From the NCBI GenBank assembly GCA_903813345.2, contig CAIIXF020000001.1, forward strand, positions 5,704,001 to 5,768,000: a DNA stretch of 64,000 nucleotides, given 5' to 3'. Below the pieces are notes generated by a model. It had not been told where the DNA came from. It saw only the letters and a program-made list of their open reading frames with translations, and ran no database searches. This DNA comes from Owenia fusiformis (lineage: Eukaryota). The position numbers and the translations under genes were made by a program. Positions within the stretch are counted from its first letter, which is position 1. Each line of letters opens with the position of its first letter. Positions 1-12,952 of this stretch are shown here, in pieces.

Positions 1-869
1 TTTTTACAGTTTATAATTGGCGTGAATACAGTCATATTCGAATATAAAATACAAAACGGAATTCCGTCATACTGTAAGCATGGCTGTAAGTATGGCAATT
101 ATAAAACTTTGAATTCCGACATTAGTCTATATTTTCCATGTGCTGAATACACAATTAGCGATCGTAGAAAAAGTTCTGATTCCTCTTCTCGGAACGTACT
201 GCATTTGTTTACTTTTAGCATATGAGCATACTTCATGCTTGAATCTTATCCAAGGTATTTCTTCAAGATAATACAAAGTAACGTACGTTCGCTCTTTTAA
301 TGCTATATTCTTGAAAAATTTGAGCGGTCATAGTTTTATCGGAACAGCTCTCTGAAGCACGGGCCAGAACACGGGAAGGTAAGAATATTACGAAATCACT
401 AGACGAAGTCTAATATCCAGCCAGATCTTTTCCCTTGGTTGATAACGTCTATATTATTAAGATAGAAATCGGGCCAGAACACGGGCTGAGAAGCCGAAGG
501 TAAGAATATTACGAAATCTCTAATATCCAGCCAGATCTTTTCCCTTTCCCATCTAAGATTTTCGGCATCTAAAAAGTCACTCAACTTTTTTGTGATTTTG
601 AATCACAGAAAGCATTCTGAAGTTTCAAATTGGCGCCACGTTTAATTTTTGGCATCCGCCTAATGTATACCACTTACCCTTTGTTGATTCTTTCATAAGT
701 TTCTGACATCATAAACTCAGTTTGACCAGAAGTATCTTTGTTGCTGCTCGATATTTTAAAAAATGTCCCTTTTCTATTTTCATACAAGGGTCATACATAC
801 TAGGCATTTCTTACTTCCTGTGTAAGCTATTTGGATTTTGGTATAATAGCTTTCCCACGGAGCATTTGG

Positions 870-1332
870 ACAGCTGAATGATTGTGACCTTTGAATTCGA
901 ATTAAGTTGATCCGCGGCTTACTTTTGGTCTCTAACTGTGTCTTACATCAGTATCATCAATCCGTGTAAGTATTAGAGCGCTGAAATACTTCTTTTTTGA
1001 TCAAGACTTGTAAATTGTTCATCGAGTGAATGTTTTTTAGACCTATTTCCAATATGGCGAGATACGCAACGAACGAAATGAATTTTGAGAATTAGTTAGG
1101 TTCAGACAACCTCTGGAGATTTACGAAAATGTCAGAGCAGAAAACGCCATATTGGAATTTGGCAGTAAAAGCATTCACTCGACTAACAATTACAAGTCTT
1201 GATCGAAAAGGAAGTACTTCAGCGCTCCAATACTTACACGGATTGATGATTCTGATGTAAGACACAGTTAGAGACCAAAAGTAAGCCGCGGATCGACTTA
1301 ATTCGATTTCAAAGGTTACTATTAATCAGCTG
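870..1332. mobile_element. Foldback/MITE-like element with ~160-bp inverted arms
   Basis: 870-1032 (…ccgcggcttacttttggtctctaactgtgtcttacatcag…) is the reverse complement of 1172-1332. Confidence 0.8.
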
Positions 1333-1397
1333 TTCACTTCCCCGAGCCATAAGTTTCAAAATCTAACATGGCTCTCGAAGTGAGTAAGGCGTTTCTA

Positions 1398-2015
1398 TAT
1401 TGCGGGACATTTCTTTCCTGGCCTGTCTACCCTACCAAATTCACACAAATGATAAATTAATTTCTTTGCTTCAACTTTAAAGTATTTAATCTTACCTTAG
1501 GTACGTAAAACGATTGGTAATTGAAGAAATATAAGCATGCCGCTTGAATTTTGAAATTTTTTCATTTCTGCCATACCAAGGTCACTTCCGGGTTAATCTG
1601 AGTCTAGCTGTAAAACTATATCAAAACGAAATCATAAATATTTGTTACACGAAGATTCAGTTGAAAGAGAAGCAGTGTCGTTAAGAAGAGAAGTTATTTG
1701 GAAAAGTTATTGTTTCAAAATGAGAAAAGTGAGTAGTATGAGAGAACGGCTTTCGAATCGATCTCTGTGTAATAAATAATTATGATTCCGTTTCGATACA
1801 TGTTTTCTTTAGACTAACGGAAACAACATTTAGCAGCATGGCGGGCGATAATGAAAATATAATTCAATTGATTATATTTCGTCAATTATCAAGCGTTTTA
1901 CATGTCTAAGGTAAGATTTAACACTTTGATATTGGAGCTAAATAATTACTCGATAATTTGTGTGACTTTGGTTAGTATGGTTACCCAGACAGGCCAGGAA
2001 AGCATTTCCCGCAAT
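1398..2015. mobile_element. Foldback/MITE-like element; second copy at about 20610-21375
   Basis: Ends attgcggga…ttcctggcctgtct and agacaggccaggaaag…cccgcaat; the same sequence recurs in NOP2 intron 1. Confidence 0.75.
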
Positions 2016-2169
2016 TTGTTAGCAATTATATCTACGGCAGTATATGCTTAGAAAATGATAAAAAATAAATATCCAAATAAGAAAAAGGAATATCGAAGAA
2101 CATCATACAATGGTCAGATTTATATGACTACTTGGCCTATGGTTTCTAAATTCCTTTCTTCCTGTTAAA

Positions 2170-2490
2170 CACCTGCCCCTGTGACACCCTTCCCTCATGT
2201 AACACCTTCTACTAGTGTGACACCCTCATCTTGTGTGACATTCTAAGCTTGTATAACATCCTCACCCTATGACATCCTTTTTGTCACCAACCCCTGTAAC
2301 ACCATCCTCTCATTTGACATCACCCCTCTGTGACATTCTCCCCTCCTTGTCACCAACACCTGTAACACCCCCTCCTTGTAACACTGTCTTGTTTCACACT
2401 TCCTCCCCTCTTGTCACACCCTTCCTGCGACATCCTCTGCTAGTGTGACATCTTTCTCTAATGTGACACCTCTCCTCCTGTTATACCCTA
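2170..2490. repeat. Degenerate C/T-rich minisatellite
   Basis: Recurring tgtgacacc/tgtaacacc motif at roughly 20-bp spacing. Confidence 0.7.
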
Positions 2491-3246
2491 CGCCTTTAAC
2501 ATATTTCTTAAGAACAGCTGTATTACTGACTCCAAATGCAGAATCCACTTGCTGAATATCCAGATCAGTGATACCACGTGTTATTATTTACAATTTCACA
2601 TGCTTGAGGGCTATCAGAGGACTGGTCGGCCTGTTACAACACTTTTCAAAATCTTCTACAAGTTCTCAGAAGTTCAAATATGACTTTAGATTTGAGATTT
2701 CACCTTCGATAACCTTCTCAGACTTCAAAAGGGTCTTTTTTCAACTTGCTTCAAATTGACCAATTTATTTTTTCAAAATCATTAACAAGTTCTCAGAAAT
2801 TCAAATCCAACTTAAGATTGAACTCATAATATTGTGAGCAATTAGATGGTGACATTTTGTTATGTTACAGTGCTTTCAGTAGGCTTGTCCAAAAGTGCTT
2901 CCCTGGGATGGATTGATTTTACAAAATTGCGTCCCCCTCAAAAAAGTGCGTCCCCATGAAAAAAGTTTCCTGGGAAATCAAAGTCACATTTTTGCACTGA
3001 ACGAAAAAATTGATGAAAAGTTTGCATGATCAGTTTTGTTATTTTTGGCCCAGATCAATGTACTACACACGTCTAGAAGGTCATTAAATGATGCAGATAC
3101 CTTCATTAGAAAGAGATAACTAATTTTCAACCTTTAAATACCATTTTTCTTTGCGTATTTCAAAGCAATTTGCTATTGATTTTGATCGCTCAGAAAGTTT
3201 CACTAGGAGCAATCTCCGTGAGGTTCCATTTCTTGGTTCAGTTTTT

Positions 3247-3420
3247 TGCGCATGCGCAGCAAATCCAGCAATTTGATTTGTTAAAATTATTAAGACGCAT
3301 GCGCGATCAATAATCTCGGCCAATCATAGGACTCGTACCGATTACCGCTCGGAAATCAACTACTAGTGATTGTCCAATCACATACCTCATACTATTTTGA
3401 TCAGAAATCAACTTCCGGGA
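3247..3420. promoter_or_regulatory. Promoter-like motif cluster (NRF1 palindrome, CCAAT boxes, ETS/GABP-like site)
   Basis: TGCGCATGCGCA at 3247-3258, a second GCATGCG-type site near 3296, CCAAT near 3320 and 3374, ACTTCCGG at 3411; lies upstream of the candidate microprotein gene. Confidence 0.35.
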
Positions 3421-4551
3421 AAGAAACTCGAAAGAAAATTCTATTTCTTTTAGAAATAGAATATCCTTCGTTTATTTAGCGGATTTTGACCAAATAAAAT
3501 GTCATTATTTAATCGTTGTCTAATTTAATAATGGTATAAAGATAAACCAGGTTGAATATAGAGATGTTTTTTTCTTAGTACATTATCTTCCTGGAAAAAC
3601 ACAAAGGGCAACATTGGTACAAAACAAATGCTTGGTTCTTGGCTAAGCAATGGTTAAATTGTGGCGTAAAGTATGACTACTAACTTTTATAGATTGATAT
3701 GTGTTTAATAAGTAGTCTATGATATGTTCTTAGATCTTCAATCCTTGAAATTCTATAACTTGACCTTTAAATTATAAGGCTTCAGAGCAAAATTGAATCT
3801 GATGGCATTTACCCAAGTGAGAGAGTTTATGTTATTTATAGGCTTTCATACTGAAAGTGGAATGTTGATATTGGTTTGAAGGTCAAACCAGGTTTCGTGC
3901 TTCTAAATAGAGATAAACAAGAGCAGAGGTTGAAATCTTTAGCTTTGTGGCTTCCAATTCAATGGCTTCTATAGACCAATATGTGAAAGAAGAAAACATG
4001 GTCATTAAAATACAGAGTGGTCTAAAAATATGTATACATTCTTGATTAAGTAGCATTTTCTATTCAATGGAAAACTTATAGACCTGCCTTACAGACATGT
4101 GAGTTTTATGTGGTGTAAGTTTTTTCCTTGTATACTGTAATTTTGTTTTTTACTATAACTCGGGGGTTTCATTAGCAGCAGGCAACAGGCGAAAATCAGC
4201 TTTTCCATGTTTTTATGATTTCCATTCATTTTGTCTGTTGTTTTCATTTATTCAGCTTGTTGTGAGAAATTCTGGTGAAACCCCTGATAACTGGAAAAGT
4301 AAACAAGCGATTTTGTTGAAATTTAATATGTGAATAATAAGAAGCATGTTACATTTTCTGATGACAATAAGGCTAGTGAGTAGATATTTTGAAACTGGCT
4401 TCCATTTTCATGTATGTTCGTCAGCCTAGGAGTTTAGGAATTGAAAACATGTTTTGCGTATTGTCGGGACAATATAGTTCATACTAATAATATCAAGTCT
4501 TTTAATTCCAGGTGTGACCATGATTCACAGACACAATCATCAACAGAAATT

Positions 4552-6331
4552 ATGATGTTTATTATCTCCAGGAGCTTTTCTCGAATAGGACTACCTTTGT
4601 TACGGCTTGGTCAGGTAGGGATCATGATTTAAATTAATAATTAATGTCACAGGATGGTAAATATATTTGGACAGGAAAAATCCATTTTGTGACAGAAGAT
4701 AAATACCATGCTAAAACTGAGCATATATTTTGGTATAATAATACCTGATATATGTATGAAGCCTCTTTTAGGCCATGGTTTGATCCATTTAAATGGACAG
4801 TTGACAAAAATATAGATAACATTACAGGTTGGCATTGAAATGGAATCAGTAAACTAAACTAAGGATTCCTATATGTAAATAATATGAATACATTTTGATG
4901 ACTTCATGGTTTGGATATATACTGAACTCCAGGTTAATTTTGCAAGTTTTACTTTCGTGTATTTTTGTAAATCACAATTTTGTGGCTCTTAAATTCACAG
5001 ATTTCACAGGTTTAAATTATTTTTTCTAAATCCTCAAGCTCTGTAAACTTACTTACTTACTCTGTAAAGTTATTAATGTTCATTAATTAAACATAATACA
5101 GGCAATTGCTCGCAGTACCTCATCACTTTTGGTTATTTGATCTAATAAGCCAGTGTAAAGCCCAGTTTACACTGACAGGTCTTTTTCACATGACTTTTTA
5201 AGTCCTCTAGAGACTGATGATGACCGAAATTCTATTTTCACGATAGCCCAATGTGTCCTCCTGAGACCTATCGAGTTCTGTTGAGACCGATCGAGACCGT
5301 TGGAGTCCTGTCAAGTTCGATGAAATCCCCTCTGACCATGTGACGTCATGTATGAAGGCCTCAGTTACCATGGAAGCACCACGTGATCAGATTTTAACAA
5401 AAAAAGACCGATCAAGACCGGTGAAAGAATGAAACTGCTCATTCCACAAAAAGACTGGCGGTCTTTTTGTAGAGGTCTCTATCGGACTTTACCGGACTCA
5501 CCAGAATTCCATCAGATTTTTTAATAAGAGCAAGCAAGACCGGCAAAAGTCCCGTGAAGTCCGACCTAAAAATCCTGTCAAGACTGGCAAAAGACTGCCG
5601 GTTTTTTCTCCCATTGGGAATAATACACAGGGGATCGAAAAAGGCCAGTCAGTGTAAATGGGGCTTAAGAGACATTGTTGGTAGTTTCCCATTTATTGCC
5701 CAATACCGATGGATGAATGTTTTACACAAAACAAAATGCATCAGGGTCCCAACAAATCTCCAGGGCTAAGTGGCAAATTTCATGAAGATTTTTTTTTGCG
5801 ATTTTACCACAATTACGAAAAGCGCGAAACTGAATCGCATGCAAAAAGTACTGGGAGTACAGTAAATAGTTTCAACTTCACTTGGTATGTGAGTGACCTC
5901 ACAGAAATGAAGTCTTATTCTATCATTTGATAATTCTTTATCTCTAATGATATGGAACTTCCTATTTGGATAGATAAATAGATGGAATTAGTAGTTTTGG
6001 TTGAGCTTGAATACTATAACTTTCTTGAAACAAACAAACAAACAAATAAAGGCGTCTCTATGGAACAGGGTTTATATTCTACAGATACAGGACATCTGTC
6101 AGATTGCAACATTAAGTCATTAAGACAAATCCTGAACCCAGATTTCTCAAACATAATTTTTGCTATTAAGTTGTATCTTGTATGTATTTTCAGGATAATA
6201 GCCAAGCTGTGCCAAAGGGTAGCAACAACGTTGTATTTCGATCTGCACTTCTAATGACAGTCCTAGGATTTAGCATGTCTGCTTATAGCATGCAGCAATT
6301 ATCAGGAACTTCACAACGCAAGTGGTGGTAA
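4552..6331 (+). CDS. Candidate 66-aa microprotein with a single hydrophobic segment, possibly mitochondrial; join(4552..4614,6194..6331)
   Basis: Acceptor ttaattccag at 4511, donor CAG|gtaggg after 4614 and acceptor gtattttcag before 6194 are phase-0 compatible. Translation: MMFIISRSFSRIGLPLLRLGQ DNSQAVPKGSNNVVFRSALLMTVLGFSMSAYSMQQLSGTSQRKWW*. The N-terminus is Arg/Ser-rich with no acidic residues. No family recognised. Confidence 0.5.
5159..5665. mobile_element. PIF/Harbinger-like MITE
   Basis: TIRs agcccagtttacactgac / gtcagtgtaaatggggct flanked by TAA on both sides; internal gaccg/agact repeats. Confidence 0.75.
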
Positions 6332-7189
6332 CACTTGGGTGTCTAGGAAATAACAAGAAATCCCATCAAACAGAACAAAAATATTTTAGAGAGCATAATG
6401 GTGGGATCACATTAAAAAGATTAGAATGAAAATATATGGAATATTATTAACATTTTAGTAAAAAATTAAAAAACATTGTATAATTTCAACAAATTTGAGA
6501 TGTAGAATGAAACCTGGAATTTGTATCCAAATTGTGCAATACATGTACAATTTTAGTTCAATTATATGTGTTTTAGTGTAGTCTATAACTTGCTGTGATC
6601 CCTATGCTGTCACTGCCACAATGGACCTAACTGTACATGTGTGAATTTCATAATTGAATTATTTTGCCTTTTTAACTTATGGCATTAAAATATTTAAACA
6701 TTTAAAATGGTCTATGAAATTGTGTCTATACAAGGATTTGCTCAGAATGGCAGAATGAACCATATGTGGATAAGTGGAGCCATATTATCTACTATTGACA
6801 ATATGCTACAACCAAAACAACAGCATGGATCATAACTATTATTATACAAAGAGGACAGAGTCAATGCAATATAAAGAACCAAGTATAAGGTTAAAAGTAT
6901 GCGTGGAAAAAATACAGAAATTGCACATAAAAATATTTGTATCGTAATACAGGGGTCAGGTCAAAACATTCATTTCCCACAAATGTAAATCCATACATCT
7001 TAAGGAATGGGGTTACAATGTATTTATTTTATTGTATGAACATTTAGTCTTGCTTTTACAAGGAAGGGTTTAAATCAAAGTGAAATTCATTATTCTTTGA
7101 CAGATGTTGATTTAATGACCCAACCCCTAATTTAATATTTATAAACCGTGAATATGAACTTTTATTTAAGACTGATGATATCTCACAGG

Positions 7190-7248
7190 TCACATAGTGA
7201 AGTTATATGTCACATAGTGAAGTTATATGTCACATAGTGAAGTTATAT
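7190..7248. repeat. 20-bp tandem repeat, 3 copies
   Basis: tcacatagtgaagttatat(g/a) repeated three times. Confidence 0.9.
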
Positions 7249-9489
7249 AAAATAAACTGTAAACAGTTGCATGATATTAAAACACACATCAGATGTAGTT
7301 TTGTTTACATGTACATGAAGTATGCTGCTATCTTGTGCCATTAGTAGAAATATGTTTCTTTGAAGCTTTACAATTACAGCTGTACTCTCACTAATATTTG
7401 ACGCTATATTTCGCTTTTTTTATTTTTATTTTGGAATTTTGCAGCTATTAATATTCACTAATTTTCAGTTTTTCAAAATTTTGCAGGTATTAATTTCTCG
7501 GATTTTTGATTCTCAAAATTTTTCTAGCTTCCTTTTTGATTTCATTGATTAAAATCGTATAGAACCTGAAATTAATTGAAGAAAACAGTACCTTCCTACC
7601 TTTTATCGCTCAGCAGTCAGTACTTGAAGGAAATATCATCAAGATTGAGTGAAATGAATTCCTGGGAATTTTGCGACTGATGTATTTTGCAAATTAGAAC
7701 TAGGCCTATTGGAATTTCATAGGTGTTATATCTTGTGAATTTTTCAAAACTCGCGAAAAGCGTGTAACTATGTAGTAAGAGTACAGTCGGTAAAACTTGT
7801 ATAAGTAGAAAGCCTTTCATACCTCAAAATAGTGTTACTAATGTGAACACATGTTCATTTTACAGTTTGAAGTTTATGGGTTTAACTGGACAAAAATGTG
7901 TGAAATGCAGAAGCGTTTCATCTTGCAGCTTGAAAAAAAATTGCAAACTGTTAAATAGAATATCTTGAAATGCCATTATTTTGCATTTCATATTAACTCC
8001 CAATCCAGAGTGCATAACTCTGTGACTTTATATTCTACATTGTATTTTAAGATATTCTATTTAGCTCAAAAATTCTGGAGAGTGTGCTATTGTAATGCTA
8101 ATTATTATGAAATGGCTGCTTGTCAAAGAAGGAATTTCCAAACATTTGGATTGTTCTTTTATGTGTATTGTCTGAAGAAATAAAGAATGTTAACAATTTG
8201 ATACCAATTTTTGACTTCTTTGACATGGATGAGCATGTAAATATAAATCTAATGTAGCGCTGTAAGTTATTAATTTGGTGCTTGGTGTTGAATCTTTACT
8301 TTAACACAAAGAACATGCAAATAGGCTGTTAATATTACACCTTAAAGTAGCAGTGAGGAGGGCAGAGTTAGGTCCAATGATCCTGGGCCTATTGTAAAGC
8401 GATAAGCTTTGAACATGTAATGACATTTAAAAATGTATTTATTTTTCATAAATACATATATAATCAGAATTTGTGCACATACCACGTGACACAATAAAAA
8501 TTACACCCATCCACACAATGTTTCATAACTGTTTTTCTGAAGAAATTCTGGCTTGTTTTTCACTCATTAAAACTGTACTCCATTTTGCAACTCCACAAGA
8601 AGTTCCGGATGACTAGCTCACCTAGAATAAATGCACATTTATGAGTGTTACAAAATGAGTCGTCTATTCCTTTGCTGGCACAACTGGATCTTACACAAAA
8701 AACGGCACCCACCTTTTGTAACATCATTTTAGAAATAAGTTCTGATGATTTTATCAATGACAACTACATTATTTTGTGTTTTATTGAATGGACTTCATTT
8801 CCTTGAAAGAACAAGCCAAAATCATTAGTATTTACAAAGTTATGTTACAAAAGCTGGGTGACATTTTTTATGTAGAATCCATGTTTGTCTCGAAAGAAAT
8901 GGCCAACATTTAGAGCAAATGTTGTAACGCTCATACAATTTGACCCAACTGAGCTACACATCTGAAATTTTTGGACATGCTTTCGCATTGTGTCTACTTA
9001 AATGTGCAAAAATACAAGTCTTTATGTTAATTCAACAACCGACCTCCAGAATTGAACACAATCAATTCCTCTGCTAGCGAGGGGAATCCCCATTGAGTCA
9101 CACAAGCGCCTTGAACCAGGCACCCAATCAGGTTCATGATAAACAAATTCAACGACCAATCAGATAACAGGAGGACTTTCCTGGTATATTCAAACTTCAG
9201 ATTAAATTAATTTCCACGAAAATAATTAGATTGGCCAGCACAATCGCATTTACACTGATAAAGGGGGATTTGGGACTTTTTCTATGGTAAGTAGATGGGT
9301 GAATTTGTGGTGAAACTCAATATGCAAAAAAGTCCAGAGTGGTCTTGATTGTGCTATCCTATGGAATAGAGCCTCTTTAAATAACCAAAAGTGGGTTATG
9401 GCCTGTATTATAATATTACTGATCTCAATATCCCCCCCAAAATATAACAAGATCACAACATATGACACAGGCTGATATTTCATCTTTAA

Positions 9490-9806
9490 CCCTTTCACGA
9501 CGATGGGCTCCATATGGAGCCCTATTATGTAATACCTTTCAGGACGATAGGCTCCTTTTGGCACCATAATTTTTATTTATATACATCGATGAAATGATAA
9601 TATCTCCAGTTCTATTCAGTATTTTTACACCAAATTTTGACAAGTTGTTCTAATACGATAGTCCTTACTAAAAAATGTATTTCAGTGATAAAATTCAAGG
9701 TATAGGTCCCTGGGCATAGATAATTTTCAGTTTTCCCCTAAAAATTGCTCTTACTTATCCGTCACCAGGGCCAACATTTTCTTCTTATATTCACGTCGGG
9801 AAAGGG
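9490..9806. mobile_element. piggyBac-like MITE
   Basis: TTAA|ccctttcacgacg … cgtcgggaaaggg|TTAA. Confidence 0.75.
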
Positions 9807-11334
9807 TTAACAGAATAATAGAGTAACAAGGCATTTAACATGCAAAATGTCACTACCAGCCATTTGTTGCAGATATAAACCATCAAACACCGTTCTAAAA
9901 AATATTGGAGACTTAACAATTGTCATCATTTGTGGTGATGACATAAAATCAAACCATTTCAGATTTATTTGAAATTGACCTTTATTATAAATCCTCATGA
10001 AGTCGTTCTTACTCCATAGGCCTCCATATTTTACATGAATTTTACACATGTCTCCTCTTATTTGTGGATATGAACTTTTATTATGTCACCACTGCAAGTG
10101 GTTCACCCAGTAGCCACATACATGTACTGAACTGCATGCAAATATTATAGGTTATCATATTCAGATGAAATGCATTTTAGAGTACATTGCAGAATGCAGA
10201 TATCAATTGATTTTTTTGATTCATGCCTTGCAAATCTACTAATTTCTTTTGAGATATATTTTAAGGATTGGATGGGTTTATGATGTATATTAAAGGCAGT
10301 ATCAGAGCTAGCAAGCTGGCAAGTAGCCAAGTGTTTCAGAATACTCTTGACGAAAATTGTTTCAATTTTAGAATATTTTGGGCTCATATCATTTTTTGTC
10401 GTGTCTATTTTCTAAGAATCCCCAAAGTGTATCCAGTACTTCATTTTAAGAAAACAGGATTTTTACAAATATGCATTCATTTATCTATAAATATGGTTAC
10501 CACATTTATCATTTGGGAGAATCTAAATATTTTTCCCCATTTTTGAAAGTGAAAGTTAAAAAACTTCACCAAATGATAACATATCATGGTCGTGGATTTG
10601 GTTTGTCAACAGCTGTACATGATGCCTGCTATTTCGTCACTCCCTATAGATCTGATTCTGCATTTAAATATTGAAGCAACAGTATTAAGTACTAAATCAT
10701 AGTACTAGGTACTTAATCATTTTGTATTATTTGAGCCTTGGAATGTCCAAATGGTCGCCCAAATTTGGAAAGGAGTATGGGAAGTATCGCAACAGATTTC
10801 AGACAGTCATATGTCAGATTTTGGCTATTTTCTGAGGATTTAAATAGGTGCAAATGTTAGGCCAATGCATTACCTCCAGGAAAAGCATTCATAGAGATGA
10901 TAAAATAATTTTCGACTTTGAGACGGGAAGATGCAAACAACCCACCAACATGTTTTTTCTGAAATGTCCTGATTTTCAACCCCTTCCACCCCTGCTTTTT
11001 CAATTTTTGTTGCATCAATTTGTTGCGTTTTGACACACAGTTAACCCCTTTAAAGAAATAATGCATTCCTTCAGGAGTTTTAAAGATATCCATTATGGGT
11101 GACCAAAATTAGGCTGAAAGCATGAGTTTTCCCTATGGGAAAATGACATGGGAAATATTGTTTTCCACTTTATCTAAAAGGAATTTCTTATTCCTTTAAA
11201 GGGGTTAAACTGTGTGTCAAAACGCAACATATTGATGGAGGACATGAAAGTGAAATTTGGAAGAAAGGAAACATGACATCATAAGATTGTCATGGTAAAA
11301 ATGCTTCGCTAGGTATGTAATACAGGGAGATATA

Positions 11335-11512
11335 CAGTAAAACTTGTGTATAGTGAACATTTTTTTGCCAAGAAAAAACGTTCACTGTAGGTAGGTGTTC
11401 ACTAGAGAGAGGGTAATTTATACAGAAGTCAGTGGACTATGTGCGTAGGAAGGGTGTCCACTAGGGATAGGTGTTCACTAGAGAGAGGTGTTCACTAAGA
11501 CAGGTTTTACTG
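11335..11512. mobile_element. Tc1/mariner-pogo-like MITE
   Basis: TA|cagtaaaacttgt … acaggttttactg|TA; internal gtgttcacta repeats. Confidence 0.75.
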
Positions 11513-12002
11513 TATATAAGATTACAAGGAAATTATAGGTAGGTCATTTGTGCATGATGCTTGGAATTTTGTCAGCCCCTATAGATCTGATTCTGCCTTT
11601 AATTACAAAATTTTAGTTTTTGGCTTGCATGGTTTAAAACTGGACCTATGACAGAGCTTTTGAAACATGCTAGGTTTGTTGAAAGACAGACATTTGGATG
11701 GAGGGACAGTTAAGTGAGTTATTGCAATAGGTAGATAGGTCACACCACATTCTTATTGTATGGATGTAAATGGTTTATTTGCCAAATAAACATTTCAAAA
11801 ATTTTACATCAAAATGGTTGGGGCTATATTCTGAACAATGTCTACATCATTATTATTATTGGTGGTAATTGTTACTAAAATAATTTACAATCAAGTAACT
11901 ATTGATCAGCTGGAACTATGTATTAAGTGGGATCTGGGAATAAACAAGTCCACAGATACTCTTCACACTTCAATAATTATTAAATATAAAGAGGAGCTCA
12001 AG

Positions 12003-12887
12003 TTACTGAAACAAGTCATTAAGATAATCATTCATTTCTTCCTCTCTTGATTTTTCCTCTTGTATTTTGACTGGGCCAGACCATATTGAAGTTATCTCCT
12101 GGCATTTGGGTGCTTCAGACTCCTTAGTGTTAGATATCTGAGGCTCAACCCATGTTGGACTGTAACGCCCACTCTCATGTCGATCTTTCTCTGAAGTTTT
12201 CATCTTTTTATGACTTTTCCTTTTAGTTACTTCTTTCTTTTTGTGATGATAGTTCAGTTTATATGAGCAGTCTGCACAAAGTCGCAATTTCACAAGAGCA
12301 TTTTTCTTTGTCCCTTTCTCTATATAACCAAAGTTCACCTCCCATGTCCTCAGACCTTCTTGCACCGTACACTTTTTATTTCCACATACGAACTGCCCTT
12401 TTCCTTCTATTACCTCCTTCTCTATGCACCATCTTAAAGCAACCTTATTTTCTTTATAGCGACTTAGATCACAGATGGCATATTCTTTGAAAAGTTTTGT
12501 ATAATATTTCTTAGCAAGTCTTCTATCCCATGTGTCATCAGCTTCACCTTCATCCTCATCCCAAAGGAACTGATGGTTTTCACGAATCACATCAATATCT
12601 CTTTTATCTTTACGTGTATCTCGATAAATGTCTTTCATAGAGCCACCATAATACTGTATATAATTGTTCACTAACTGTTTATGACGTGCAAATGCATCTA
12701 AAGATAAATTGTGGAATCTATGGATTTTTCCTTCCTCTTTATTGTACTGATCTGTTACTTCATGTTTGGAAGCTATGCCACTTGTTGAGTGCTTAGCTTT
12801 AGGGATCAGATCACTACGCTTTCTTTTTTTCCTTTCAATGTCACTATCATTTTCAAATTCAGACCCATAGTCTCCATTGTATGCCAT
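12003..12887 (-). CDS. FRA10AC1: Protein FRA10AC1 homolog (spliceosome-associated), 294 aa, intronless CDS
   Basis: Continuous ORF MAYNGDYGSEFEND...DYLNDLFQ with hallmark motifs DVIRENHQFLW, RLAKKYYTKLFKEYAICDLSRYKENKVALRW, GKGQFVCGNKKC and WEVNFGYIEKGTKKNALVKLRLCADCSYKLNY. ATG context tcaaaaATGG. Minus-strand AATAAA at 11774-11779. Confidence 0.95.
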   Translation of the reverse strand: MAYNGDYGSEFENDSDIERKKRKRSDLIPKAKHSTSGIASKHEVTDQYNKEEGKIHRFHNLSLDAFARHKQLVNNYIQYYGGSMKDIYRDTRKDKRDIDVIRENHQFLWDEDEGEADDTWDRRLAKKYYTKLFKEYAICDLSRYKENKVALRWCIEKEVIEGKGQFVCGNKKCTVQEGLRTWEVNFGYIEKGTKKNALVKLRLCADCSYKLNYHHKKKEVTKRKSHKKMKTSEKDRHESGRYSPTWVEPQISNTKESEAPKCQEITSIWSGPVKIQEEKSREEEMNDYLNDLFQ

Positions 12888-12952
12888 TTTTGAAAAATAA
12901 ATTTCAAATAAAATATGGAGATGATAGATGATAGAGTACTTGGGTGCAAATT

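Noticed and set aside
10848-11093. ORF pair similar to ORFs at 54659-54896, suggesting a gene family
   Set aside because: Both lie in copies of the same non-coding foldback element and differ by frameshifts
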